Assembly: GCA_964106645.2 (NCBI GenBank)
Contig: OZ067043.1
Length of the DNA: 64,000 nt
Reading direction: 5' to 3' (one strand)
Source of the DNA: Podarcis pityusensis
Taxonomy: Eukaryota
The position numbers were made by a program, and so were the translations under genes. Positions 1 to 11,569 of this stretch are shown piece after piece. The notes under the pieces were generated by a model. The model saw only the letters and a program-made list of their open reading frames with translations. It did no database searches and had not been told where the DNA came from. Each line of letters opens with the position of its first letter. The stretch's first letter is position 1.

Positions 1-1354
1 GCCTGATAAAATGTGAATATTTTATTTGCACAATTTTGCATTGCCCTGTAAATAGGTTGACCATTCAGAGATAAGCAGAATAGAGGAGAAGGCTGGAGGG
101 ACTAAAATGTTGTGCAAATCATGAATATGCAGATTGGACATAGGAAGTTAACATGAAGGACAGAAGTATAAAATACTTAGACTTTGTTCATACAACACTT
201 TAAACCGTACTTCAACTAAATGTTCCTTTAAATGTGAACACACAGCATGTGCTGGCGCATGCTGCTAAAATCACAGACCATTTGCTCTTCTTCTACCCAC
301 CATGTGGGAAGGAAGAGTAGAATGCTTGACTGTGTAGTCTATAAAAGCACAGGTTTGTCTTAATCCAGTAGGAAGGAATGATTTCCGTAGCTCAAATATC
401 CAGATAAGAACACCAGCTGATGTGGGACTGGCTGGTAAGAAGAGATCTAACACTCTAGTATTGCTTAAGTATCTGCAAACAAAAGGATGACATGAGAATA
501 AATGAGGTTCTAGTATTTTAAGAAGCTTTTAAATGGTGTTCTGACTTTTCTCATATATTTGTCTGTCTTGCTTGCAACTCATGTTTAGCAGAGAACAGTA
601 CATCTTGCCTAAGATGTGAGGAAATGTGCTGAGCTTAGGAGATATTTGCTGAAGTGCTGCTCTGGAGCATTTGGGGGTTTTCTGTACAGGCCTCATAATG
701 GCCTCAGCTACACTTACCTGTAAGGGTAGTACAGCTACTGCAGATAGAATTACCTTTTTCTCTCACTGCTGAATTTTCTTTTTTCAAACTGTTCATCATA
801 GTGATACTTTCATCTTATAATAGAGCAGTAAGCCACGGCAGGGTGTACATTGCTCATTTTCTGCACGCCTCAGGTATCTTCAATTGCCTGGGAGAGTTTC
901 TGGCAGCTTCTTAATGTGCACCCTGGCATGGATTGGTGCAATTGCTTTGGCTTGTTAATTTTACATTCATTTGTTCATCATAGTCATTTAATAATCATAT
1001 GTGCCTTTGGAAGATCAGGACAACATGGGGAAAATTCAGTGAAAACTGAAATGAAAAATACTTGTCAGAGATTTGAGCTGCCTCTTCACTATTTTTGCTA
1101 TGTTTATTGCTTGAGAGTCATATATACAGTCATATATTGTTTGAATGGGTGAGCCGCTGTGGAATCATGGACTCACCCCAATCTACATAGATGTGCAATT
1201 GCATGATCAAGCTTAGGAAAGTAGGTTTGCCAGAGGAGTCACCTGTGCACAGCCCTGATTGGCTGGTGCTTGCAATATTGCAAACCAATTTCCTGTTTTG
1301 GAATTTTGTCCCATTGCTACCTGGTAACATGATTCTCTTTCTATTGTGTTTCAG

Positions 1355-1543
1355 AGAACCAGATCCCATCTGGCTTTCCAACCATAGACATGGGTCCACA
1401 GCTCAAGGTAGTAGAGAAGGCCCGCACTGCTACAATGCTCTGTGCTGCCAGCGGTAACCCTGACCCTGAAATATCCTGGTTCAAAGACTTTCTTCCTGTG
1501 GACACAGCCACTAGCAATGGCAGAATCAAACAGCTCCGTTCAG
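1355..1543 (+). CDS. PTPRF: PTPRF exon, Ig2 first part, 189 nt, phase 1-1: (E)[62 protein letters not shown]
   Basis: Acceptor tgtgtttcag|AG, donor TCAG|gtaaaa; translation matches LAR Ig2. Confidence 0.97.
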
Positions 1544-3334
1544 GTAAAACAATAAAGTCTTCTCATTTCCTGACCCGACTCCACCCCAAATCTTTCTCTA
1601 CAGGAAGAAACTGTGGTATTTTGTACCTAGATTGTGGGGTTCACTTTTTCATCCAACTTCTGCTACGTTTAAAACATTGTGTGATATGAAGAAAGGTTTG
1701 AGATTTGGGTGAGAGAGTAGATTTCAATAGTTAGGATATTTGTCCTTGTTAACTGAAGAAGCAGAGCCTTTTGAACATGCTTTCTTGTGTCCCATGAGCA
1801 AAGGAGATTTCTTATCCATGACCCGGTAGCATATTGGATCAGAAATATATCACTCCAATTCCAATATAGGTTCCTGCTTTCAGGATAGTAAAACACATGT
1901 CACTAGTTGTTCCACTTAGACCAACAGTCGGACAAAAAACATTTTGATTCATGAATAGTTACTCAGTTGGGCCAAAGACAGAAGCTCTTAGCCAGTTTCC
2001 AAAATGTGGAAAATCTGGATTTCTAAAATGCACAGGACTTTCTTGAACAGAAATCTTCCCTGCTGCAGAAATTTTCCCCATTAAATGAGAAAATTATAAG
2101 AATGAAGGTTGGGAAATGATGGGAGGTAGCCTACTCACCCAGCTGCCTCCCTCATGAATTTATGTTAACCTAATGGCAACTCTGAAGAGGGCTGCTTAAA
2201 ACATTTCAGTGGCTTCATACGTTCTACAATTCTGCGTCTTTTGGTAACAGGGAAACTCTTCATATAGCCATGGTGCCAGAGCACAGTGTGGATAGGAAGT
2301 GAGGATAGTCCTTTTGAGGGAGAGAGAGAGATTGTGATTGGGATATCTGCCCCATTCTAATGAGCATACATGCCCATTAGCTGGCCTCTGATAACTACTT
2401 GTATGCAAAACTACTACCCCCTGCAAGCAATGTAACTCATGTGTGGTAGTGGTCGTGGCTCTTAAATTGATATATATCAGATTCTGCAGAAATGAGTTTA
2501 TAATTAGCTCCTTGCTGACACCTGTGAGACCTCAGTCTTGCAGTAGGCTCCTCCGCATATAGAGCAGTGAGCACTAATTACACTGATAAATTTACAGTTT
2601 ATATAATTTCACAGTGACCTTTAGCGTAATCTCAATATGTTTGTGCTGAAAGAAAATATCACCCTCGTTAATTTAACTTGAAAGGCACTAAGCAGGCAGC
2701 ATTAGGGAAGTGCATCCATGGATACTTGCTCTTCATACTTACTAAATCAGCATCCTCATCTAGGAGGATTGCAGATGAGCTGGGCAACCCTTAGGCACAT
2801 GCTGGGCTCTCAACAACATTCACATCATGTGCACTCGCCTGCTGCTGAGCAAGCTTCAGGGAGGAAAAACCTGAGTTTAAAAACAAAACGTGTTCAGCAC
2901 TACCGTCACGTCCAAAGTTTATTTTGTTTTTCTTCATTGTAAGCAGTGTCTCAACTGAATTTCACCAGGGATTCGGAGTCCCCAGTTGTAGAAGACACTT
3001 GAATTTCCGGGAGGAGGGTAGAAATCAATGAGTAGCATATCTGCAGGCCTGAGAGAAAATTGATTAAGCTGTATGGAAGTAAATGAGGTTTATAGACTTG
3101 CATATAGTGAGCTCAAAAAAGAGGTTTAAGGTCTTTATTGGTAGGAACATTGGAAGAGCTCACAAAGCAAAATTAGTATATGCTGCTGATCCAAATTGCC
3201 TCTACTCAATGAAGCTTCCTTTCCAGCAAGTGTGTAGAGGACTATTGTAACAAAGTATTTCATTTTCATAATCAAAAGAGGGAACTTTATAAGTCTGCAG
3301 TTCATAGGGTTCTGAAACTGCATAGAACAGATAA

Positions 3335-3558
3335 TGACCCAATTCACATGTAGCACTAAGCCAAACAGAAGCTTAGCATGGAGGAGTCAAACCTCAAACC
3401 TATGTACAGATGTAATGCTAAGCTAAATCGTGGTTAATGCCTGGGCCTTTAGCAGCACCAGGGGAGGAATGCTGCATTGCAGTCTTCATTCTGGGAACCT
3501 GCATGTTTGCTTTCTCATGCCAAGTTATGGTTTGGCTTTGCACGGCATGTGAACTGGG
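3335..3558. mobile_element. MITE-like element with terminal inverted repeats
   Basis: Left end cccaattcacatgtagcactaagccaaac is an imperfect reverse complement of right end gtttggctttgcacggcatgtgaactggg. Confidence 0.55.
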
Positions 3559-3764
3559 CCGTTCTATTGGTCAGCTGCTGAAGACTTGGGCCCTTCCAAA
3601 CACTCTCTATTTCTGTGTAATATTTTCCCAGTATTCAGACTGCAGTATATCTCTGAACAAATGCAGTTGTTTTCCCACCAGAATCTATAAGATGTACTGT
3701 GCCATGTCAAATGGGATTGTCTGAGTGTCATGACCACCAGTTGGATAGGCCCTGTGACACCACT

Positions 3765-5070
3765 GGTCTGAGAAGCTGAGGCAAATAGTGTTGAAAGGAG
3801 TTGGATTTCTAGGCCCTATTGAAGAATTAAAAAATGACAAGTCCCTGGGTCTGGGTGGCATCCACATGAGAGTTCTTAAATAATTCAAAATATCTAACTT
3901 CTCCCTAAGATTAGACTGCATATCTGAGAAATTGAAAGCGGCCAATGTAACACCAATTTTTAAACAGCGATTGGGGCGGGAGGAGGAATCCAGGAAGTTA
4001 CAAGCCCATTAGTTTGTTCTGGGAAAGCATTCTTAAAAAATAGAATTAGCAAGCATATTGAAGAGCAAGTATTGCTGAAGAAGAACCACCATAGCTTTTC
4101 CAAGAGTAAGTCCTGTCTCGGTGTCTCAATAACCTTTTAGCATGTAAATAGAGGTGATCCAGTAGACATTGTGTACTCCAGCTTTCAAAAAGCCTTTGAC
4201 AGAGTACCACACCAAAGACTCCCGAGTAAGCTCAGCAGGCATGGAATAAGAGCAAAGGTCTCTTATGGATCAGGAACTGTTTCAGAAACAGGGAACAGAA
4301 AGTTAGAATGGAGATCCCTTCCAATGGAGAAATGTTGGAAGTAGAATTTCTCAAGGATTGATGTTGGGGCCTTCTCCCTTTGACTTGCACAGAGTTAAGA
4401 AGGTGAGTTGTGAGGTGGCAAAGTTTGTTAATGATACCAAATCGTTCAGTGTGTTTAAAACAAAAAAAGGATTGTAAGGTGCTTCAGAAGGATCTCTCCA
4501 AATTGGGTGAGTGTGCATAAAATGGCAAATAGAATTCAATGTAAGGAAGTGTTAAGTGATGCACACTGAGGCAAAAAAAATCGTGAATTGGTGGTGACTC
4601 ACTAGAAATGAGATTTTGGGGTCACAGTGGATAACTTGATGAAGTTGTTGACCCAGTGAGCAGCAACTGTGAAAAGTGCAGATTCCATGCTAGGGATCAT
4701 TAGAAAAGGAATTTAAAATAAAACTGCTGATATCATAATGCTGTTATACAAATCTATGGTGCAACTGCATTTGGAATACTGTGTACGCTTGTGGTTGACT
4801 CTCCTCAAAAAGGATATTGTGGAGTTCAAAAAGGTTCAGAAAGGGAAAGCCAAAATGATCAAGAGGTTTCAGCAACTCCCCCATGAGAAGTTTACAATAC
4901 AAGTTGAGTGACACGGACATGGTAGAGGTATGTAAGATTATTCATAGTGTGGAGAAATTGGATAGGGAGACATTCTTCTCCCACTTTCATAATAATTTGG
5001 GCCCATCCAATGAAGCTAAATGTTGGAGGATTCAGGACAGACATATAAAAGAAAGTACTTCTTCACACAG
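3765..5070 (+). mobile_element. Degenerate 5'-truncated CR1 LINE (ORF2 reverse transcriptase remnant)
   Basis: Decayed motifs in order: KSPGPDGIH-like (~3838), ANVTPIF (~3941), KSCL (~4108), VDIVY..FQKAFDRVPHQRL (~4162), PQG-like (~4350), AKF[AD]DTK-like (~4418), W Q.. F N V.KC (~4523). Many stops and frameshifts. Confidence 0.9.
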
Positions 5071-5123
5071 GTATATAATCAGGTGAAATAAAATTAACAA
5101 ATTTATTATTAACTATGGGTATT

Positions 5124-5462
5124 TGCAGTTTAGTAGTGCTGCAGAGAGCTTGCTGGGGAGACCATGCATTAAAAAGGGACTCAAAAATAACTTAAACAAG
5201 GTTTTAATAACAAAAACAAAAACTCCTTATACACTAAATACATCAACAACAAACCAGACCCAACCACCAACCCATCCCTCAGGGTAATGAGGGAGCTAGG
5301 TGCTGCTCCTTATATACTATGCCCAAATGCTGACACAGCTTAATTAACACAACCTAGTAGCACCTGCTATGTTTCACAGCTGTAAGACTGGGTCTCGTTA
5401 TTTGCCTTGGCCCTGGCCCTTAAAGACATACACAACTTGTGAAGCAATAATGAACCTTCACA
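5124..5462 (-). mobile_element. Insertion splitting the CR1 copy; possible solo LTR
   Basis: On the minus strand it starts TGTGAAG, then TATATAAG (~5310-5317), then ATTAAA (~5203-5208). No convincing target-site duplication; left boundary uncertain. Confidence 0.35.
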
Positions 5463-5484
5463 TTTTAAAGTGACCATTCAACAA

Positions 5485-5738
5485 TTTACACCACCAAAAT
5501 GTAGTTGTAGTTACCACTGTGGGTGGCTTTAAAAAGAGGATTAGGAATAAATTTATCAGTGGATACTAGTGCCTTGATGTCTATGTACTATCTCTGCTGT
5601 CAGAGGCAGTATTGAGGTTACTGGGAATCATCAGTGGAAAGGGTGCTGTTGCTCTCAGGTCTTGCTTCTGAACTTCCAATAGGCATCTGTTTGGCCACTG
5701 TAGACAGTTTCTGAGCCAGCAGGGTTCTTCTAATGTAT
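5485..5738 (+). mobile_element. 3' end of the same CR1 element
   Basis: ggctttaaaaagaggattag...ggcatctgtttggccactgt...ccagcagggttcttctaatgt resembles the squamate CR1 3' tail. Confidence 0.7.
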
Positions 5739-7309
5739 GCCACTTACCCCTATAAGCATGCCTTAAAGCGACTCACAGCAAAACAGCAAAAACATATGAA
5801 TACGTCACTACACTAAATAGTCCAAAACCAATTCATTACAAAATATAACAAAATTTGAATAAACAATTCATTTCGATAAAACAAACTTTATAATGTTTAT
5901 ATAAAATAGACAATATAAGTCATTAAATCTTATCAGTTGATATTATTTATATTAAATAGGTAAGCCAAAGCCAGATATGAGAAAGCCTTCCAGTATAATC
6001 ATGCATTAACAAATAATATAACCAGTGCTATGTGCAATAAATGGCAAGCATATTTTATAGAACCTGCAGCAGATAATCTCTCACATGCCCCACTCTCATA
6101 TTCTGATTAATTTTCTTACTTATTAAAAAAGAAAACAAGTATTTAAAGGTTATAGTCATATTTCCTACATTTACTGTGGAAGAAAACTAATGCCAAGTCT
6201 AGACAGTGGCTTGCAGCTCCTCCTCGCTATTGATTGTACCGAGGCTGGACAGGGCAATTTGTGGGCTTTTCCTCCAGGTGCAACTAAAAGTGGCATCCCA
6301 AAATGAAGTAAATAGTAATAAATGTTTGATCATAAAAACTAAACTGTGCCTTTACATGATACAATCTAAGAGAGGCAGTTGACTTACTTGTGTAAGATTC
6401 AGGTTGTGACATTCAATCTGAGTTTGTTTAAAGATGAACAAGATTAAAAAGCAGTCAAAATGTGTTAGGTTTTTACCTCAAGTGTTTAGGACATTGCTTT
6501 CAAAATGGAACATAGCCATAGAATGATTATGTTAGAGGCCTAGTTTCCCACTTCATCACTTGCTCCCCAAGCAAAGGAAGACAGATCTGCAACATAGAGG
6601 TTTGGCAACACAGTTCCTCTAATGGTCCTGGCTGATGAGTGATGTAAAGATTTGCTGTTGTTAATTTTTTTTCTTTCTATCACACCCCTCCTGCACTTGC
6701 TGCTCAAGGTACTATTAAATAAAATAATGTTGTAAAATAAAGTAAGGGCATATTAAACATTGACTTATGTAGAGTGGAGGAAGGCGTGGCAGTGAAGATG
6801 TAGGCTAAGGAGAAGGTATTTACACTTTGCTGAAAAATTTGTGTAAAAATGAGAGGAAGCACACAAGCCAAAGCTGAAATGGGAGGCGAGATTGTATCAT
6901 TGGCAAGGTTATGGATTAAAAGATACTCCTACAGTACCAGATCAAGAAAGTGGCCAGCAAAGTTGCTCTTGCTGCTTGGGCCAGGCATTAATAGAAAATG
7001 TGGCTGGTCATAAATTAAAAGTAGTAATGAAATGGATGTAGTGTGGGCATAGTCATTCATCCATTTATGTGACTGCCATTCTGCCAAGGCAACCAAAATG
7101 GTTTATAATTTTGAAATACTGAAGCAACCAAAAACTACAACATTTTGAACAACAGAATTCTCAGTAAAGCCAACCCTGGGAATGTTACTAGGAGGCATTG
7201 TAGGATGGAAGGCATCCTACATTGGTGGGATCTGCATTACTTAACACCCAGAGCATCCAGTATAAGGAATAGCAGAAGTGTGGAAAGGATATAGAATTAG
7301 GGTGGCTTG

Positions 7310-7396
7310 GGCTGCAGTCCTAACTAACTTTCCTGGAAGAAAGCCCCATTGACTCTAGTCAGAATTACTTTTGAGTACACATGGTTAGGATTGAGC
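7310..7396. mobile_element. Short palindromic MITE-like repeat; related copies near 14310-14380, 20781-20865 and 50960-51012
   Basis: gctgcagtcctaac...ccccattga...ttacttttgagta...gttaggattg; similar core motifs recur at the other positions. Confidence 0.5.
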
Positions 7397-8530
7397 TTTT
7401 ACTCAAAGTAGCACTCACATACCAACATTCTTTTCAAATATTATTGGCTTAGTTACCTCATTGGGAAAGTCAGATCCTCAGGTCTGCTGTATCTGTAGTT
7501 CTGCATTCAAGGCTGTGCGAAGTGCCATATACCTCAAATTGGTTTGGATTTGGTTTAAATGGTCATTCAGACCTGAATGTTTCTAATGTAGATTATCAAC
7601 AATATGGACAAGCCTTTTGGTCACATTCAAAGCTCCTTTGTGCTAGAAAGTGAGCAAATGAAGATGTCATTCCTTAACTATAATTTCCTATTTTCATCCA
7701 AACCAGGAAATTTTGGTTAACATCTTCAGAACAAACCAAGATATTAAACAGTTTTTCAAAGTTTAATTAACTGGTAACCATTGTTTCCTAGTTCAGATGA
7801 AATGGGAAACTATCGTTAATGAAAGACATGGTGGTTTGTTTTGCTTGAAGTGAGGAATGAAAGGACTGTATGCACAGCCAAATTCCTGCTCTTGTCTCTG
7901 TTTACTAAGGGTGCTTCCAGACAGAAGTTTATTGTGGAATTGCTGCTGAACCATGCAATTTTTTCTTGCTGTGTCCGCATGAAGTTGTTGTCACCAAAAT
8001 GCCAAGCAATTTTTTTTTTTTACATTTAATTTCCATACCCCTTACTGCGAAAAATAGATAAGTAAAAATAACTTGTTATAAGCCTTAAGTCACTTTGGAT
8101 GTGGAAGCTAGTTAATGCATTAGCATTTTTTTGTGTGGTGATGGTGGCAGTTTGTCACATGTGGTGACATTTCTGTGGGTGGCCCCTAATGTGACAGTCT
8201 GTACACAGGTACAGAAATACTGCATACATGCACAGAGCAGAAGGCAATGGAGGGTGGTGGTGGAGTGTTGGACAGGAGGGACAATAAAACCATCTTCATA
8301 TATACTCTGTTGAGGTCCACTAATGTGGATAGCAACTGGCAGAATAGCAATGATATCCATGACTGGAAAAGAGGTGGGGAACAGAAATATGTGGAAGCTA
8401 ACATGCCAAATGTGCACACTGAAGTATCTGATCTGAGCATTATGTTTGCAATATAAGCCCCCCTCCTGGAAGCACCCTAAGGCAGCACAATAATAAGTGT
8501 CATTAATTATTTAGGTTGGGTGGATGTCTT

Positions 8531-8680
8531 ATAAGAACACTGGAAGCTGCATGCAGAGTCAGTCCATTGGTGCATCTAGCTGAATATAGTCTACAATGAC
8601 TAGCAGTTGGTCTCCAGGTTTCAAGCAGGAGTCTGGAGATGCCAAGAATTGGATAAACTGGCAGCTTCTGCATTCTTGTT
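8531..8680 (-). mobile_element. Old SINE-like fragment with a CR1-type tail
   Basis: taagaacac...ccattggtgcatctagct...ctccaggtttcaagcagg...ggagatgcca resembles the reverse complement of squamate short retroelements. Confidence 0.4.
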
Positions 8681-9875
8681 CATGTTGAAAACGTACTCCA
8701 TTAGAATTAAAACTTAGGATGTTGTCCAAATTTTTATTTTGTAGCATATGACTTACATCTTCATTTGGTGATCCTGACCACTATCATGGGAGTTCTGAAT
8801 AATTTTTATTTTATGTCTTTTATTGCCATATTCTCTAACATATATTAGTGCATACTAAACCTCCAAAGAGATCTTGTTTCATTGCTTCAGAGTCACTATA
8901 CAGCTCTGGCAAGGGCTATCTTACACTAAGATCTGGAGACTGGGTTTTAATAACATACCAGCTAAACTTTAGGGAATCCATTTTGAGTGTGTGTTGGGAT
9001 TCCTTAGCTTTGCATCCATACAGAATTTTCAGTGACTAGGTGGATACAGAACAGCTCCATATGATCTGTTTGGCATCAACATAAAACAGAAGCTGCTTCA
9101 GTTAGCCAGGAATCATTTCTGGACTCTGTTGTAAGAGATGCTTCTTGTCTCTTAGAGTGGGGGAAGGGGATGTAGACACTTTATTTACAGTGATAATTTG
9201 GAGATGGTGCAGGGGCAAGTAAGCACTCAGCAAATTTTTCTTTGGAGCATGAACCAATAACCCTCTTCTTCCTGTCAGTACAGCTTGTGAGCCATGCAAG
9301 CTTCCGTGATGAGAATGGTTCTGTCAAGGGGGATGGAATGGTAGTTAGAAAAGCAGATAAATAGGCAGCAGATTTATTATGGTAGAGATTACCCGCAACT
9401 TCAGCAAACGGCATTAGCCTTCCTGATGCTTCACTCATCTGTGGACAAAAGCATCAGCAAGTATAAACCAGCCATAAAGCGAAAATGGAGTAATGTCATC
9501 TCGGCTGTGGAGAATGCTAAACGAAGCAGCTGGAACTGCTTCCTCTGATTAAAAGCTAGGGCTACTGCCTGAAGGAACATGCACTAGGAGAGTGGGAGGG
9601 AAAGAGATAACAAGTGTAAATATTTTAATTACTCTTTAAGAGGCAAGTTAAACATGCTTAAAATCTGCCTTCTTTGTATTTACAGAAATCTTTGAGTGTC
9701 TTTCTTTGTTTCCCATTGGGTGATCAGTGCTGTGGATAATGGAATGTGGGGAGCGGTTAATCTCAGATACACAGCACTCATATGCTTACTGGTATTTATT
9801 GATCAATACACGGAACATGATTTGACGCTCTGTGTCCTGTTTAACCCTCTCTTTCTATCTGTTTAAACTCCCCAG

Positions 9876-9884
9876 TTTTCTTTG
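9876..9884 (+). CDS. PTPRF: Candidate 9-nt microexon (meA3-like), TTTTCTTTG, adds VFF
   Basis: ctccccag|TTTTCTTTG|gtaagt; frame-preserving in phase 1; no AG in 9775-9873; located between the Ig2 exon and meA6, where PTPRD/PTPRS have a 3-aa mini-exon. Confidence 0.65.
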
Positions 9885-10957
9885 GTAAGTGCTTGGTGTT
9901 CAGATATGCAAAATCTGCATCAAACCAACACATACCATGAACTGCCTACAAATTAGATCTGCATGAATCTCCCTCACCTTACTAACAGCCTTCATTTGCA
10001 CAAAATAAGACCAAGGGGACAAAACTGGGGATCAGAGGAGTTTGCTGTCAGTTTACATACACGGGTTTCCCTCTGCACATCTGGACCAATGCTAACAACA
10101 AAGCCCATGACTGAGCAAACTGCACTTTTGCTTGAAGTTTTGGAGCAGTTAGCTTTGTAACCAAGCCCTCCTTATAAGATGCACTCATAGCATGTGAACT
10201 TATTTTCTGCTCCCTTATAAGGAGGGTTGGAAACCCTTTCCTCTGCCTACTGTATAAATTATGCAGAGCGAGTCTGGTGCTCCATTGGTCCAAATAAAAA
10301 CTAGAAGAAAGTGCTTTAGATTTTTATTTGAAAAATCTGTTGTGTAGAATACCAATTTCTGGCCAGGGGGAACCTGGTGTAGGTTTTATTAAAGTTACCC
10401 CTGAATTCATCACTCAGTTTTTAAGTTTCAATTACATAATCAGATTTTGTCCCCAACGGTCCATGTAATCTTAAACCAAGAATGTGTGTCTCACCAACAC
10501 CATATGCTTAATTTTTCTCCCCCCACACACTCTCTCACAACACTCACTCTGGTACTCCCACAGCCCCATCTTCTGGCAGAATAAAAGGGCGCAGCACCCA
10601 TATCCCAGTGGCTTCTCCATCTCAGTTGTGACAATGAATGCTAGTGGTTTTGCTTAGGAGTCAGAGCCCTCCTTTGTGTAGGACCAGCAATATATTAATT
10701 GGGTAAAATGGGGCCAGACTCTGTGTTCTTGGTAGCAGAGCGCTTTACTAACCACCTGAGGGCATCACTCTGACTTGTTACTGCACATCCTTTATTTCTT
10801 TTTATTTATTTATTTATTTATTTTTGTTTGTTCCTGTTGTGCTAATACAGATTCTAGCTTTGAAAAACTTTCTACTTTTTTAGTTATAATTTTCTTCCTT
10901 TCCTGTTTGTACTAACGCTTCTCTCTAATCTTATTTGCATTCAAATTACCTCACCAG

Positions 10958-10975
10958 GTGGTACACCAATCAGAG
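10958..10975 (+). CDS. PTPRF: Mini-exon A6, 18 nt, adds GGTPIR
   Basis: tcaccag|GTGGTACACCAATCAGAG|gtaaga; peptide matches meA6 (PTPRD GGTPIR, LAR GGSPIR); TACTAAC at 10910-10916 and TGC at 10936-10938. Confidence 0.95.
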
Positions 10976-11524
10976 GTAAGAATGCTGAACTGTGCCTCTA
11001 ATTGTCATGTCACTCCATATCCTTTCTGCCATGTCCGTCTCCAACAGTATATCATCTCCAGCTATTCTTTCACTCCAAACTCTTGTCAACTCACTTGCGC
11101 ATCTGCCGTTCCTTCCTGTGTGTGCTTGTTTTTGTTTATTTTTAGTGTGGCGCCTTGTAGAATCATCCATCGCAGGTGTGCACAGGTCAAAGGGGGTTAT
11201 TCAACGGGAGGTTTTCAGAGAGAGAACGCTATCCCCATTCATGCCACAGAGGGCTCTGAGGTCTTGAATCTTTCAGATTCAGTCACCCTCTGGGGCACCA
11301 CGTCCTGGCAGGTCTGAAATAGCTGCTGTGGTGTGTTTTGAAGGACGTAACACTTTCACAAGAGAACAGTGAAGCCCTTCCTTCTGCATTATTGCTGACA
11401 GGAATTGAACTAATACAAAGGAAATAAATTCTTAAAATGCCAGGCAAATCTAACTTGAGGAATAAGACTGGAGGACTTTCTTTGAGAGCTGAAGGTGCAC
11501 CTTTTCATAAATTTAATAAATAAA

Positions 11525-11569
<45 letters not shown>
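11525..11569. repeat. (ATT)n microsatellite, about 15 units
   Basis: Read directly. Confidence 0.95.

Noticed and set aside
1355-1543. Assignment to PTPRD or PTPRS (meA6 equals PTPRD GGTPIR)
   Set aside because: Constitutive exons carry PTPRF residues ([58 protein letters not shown]).
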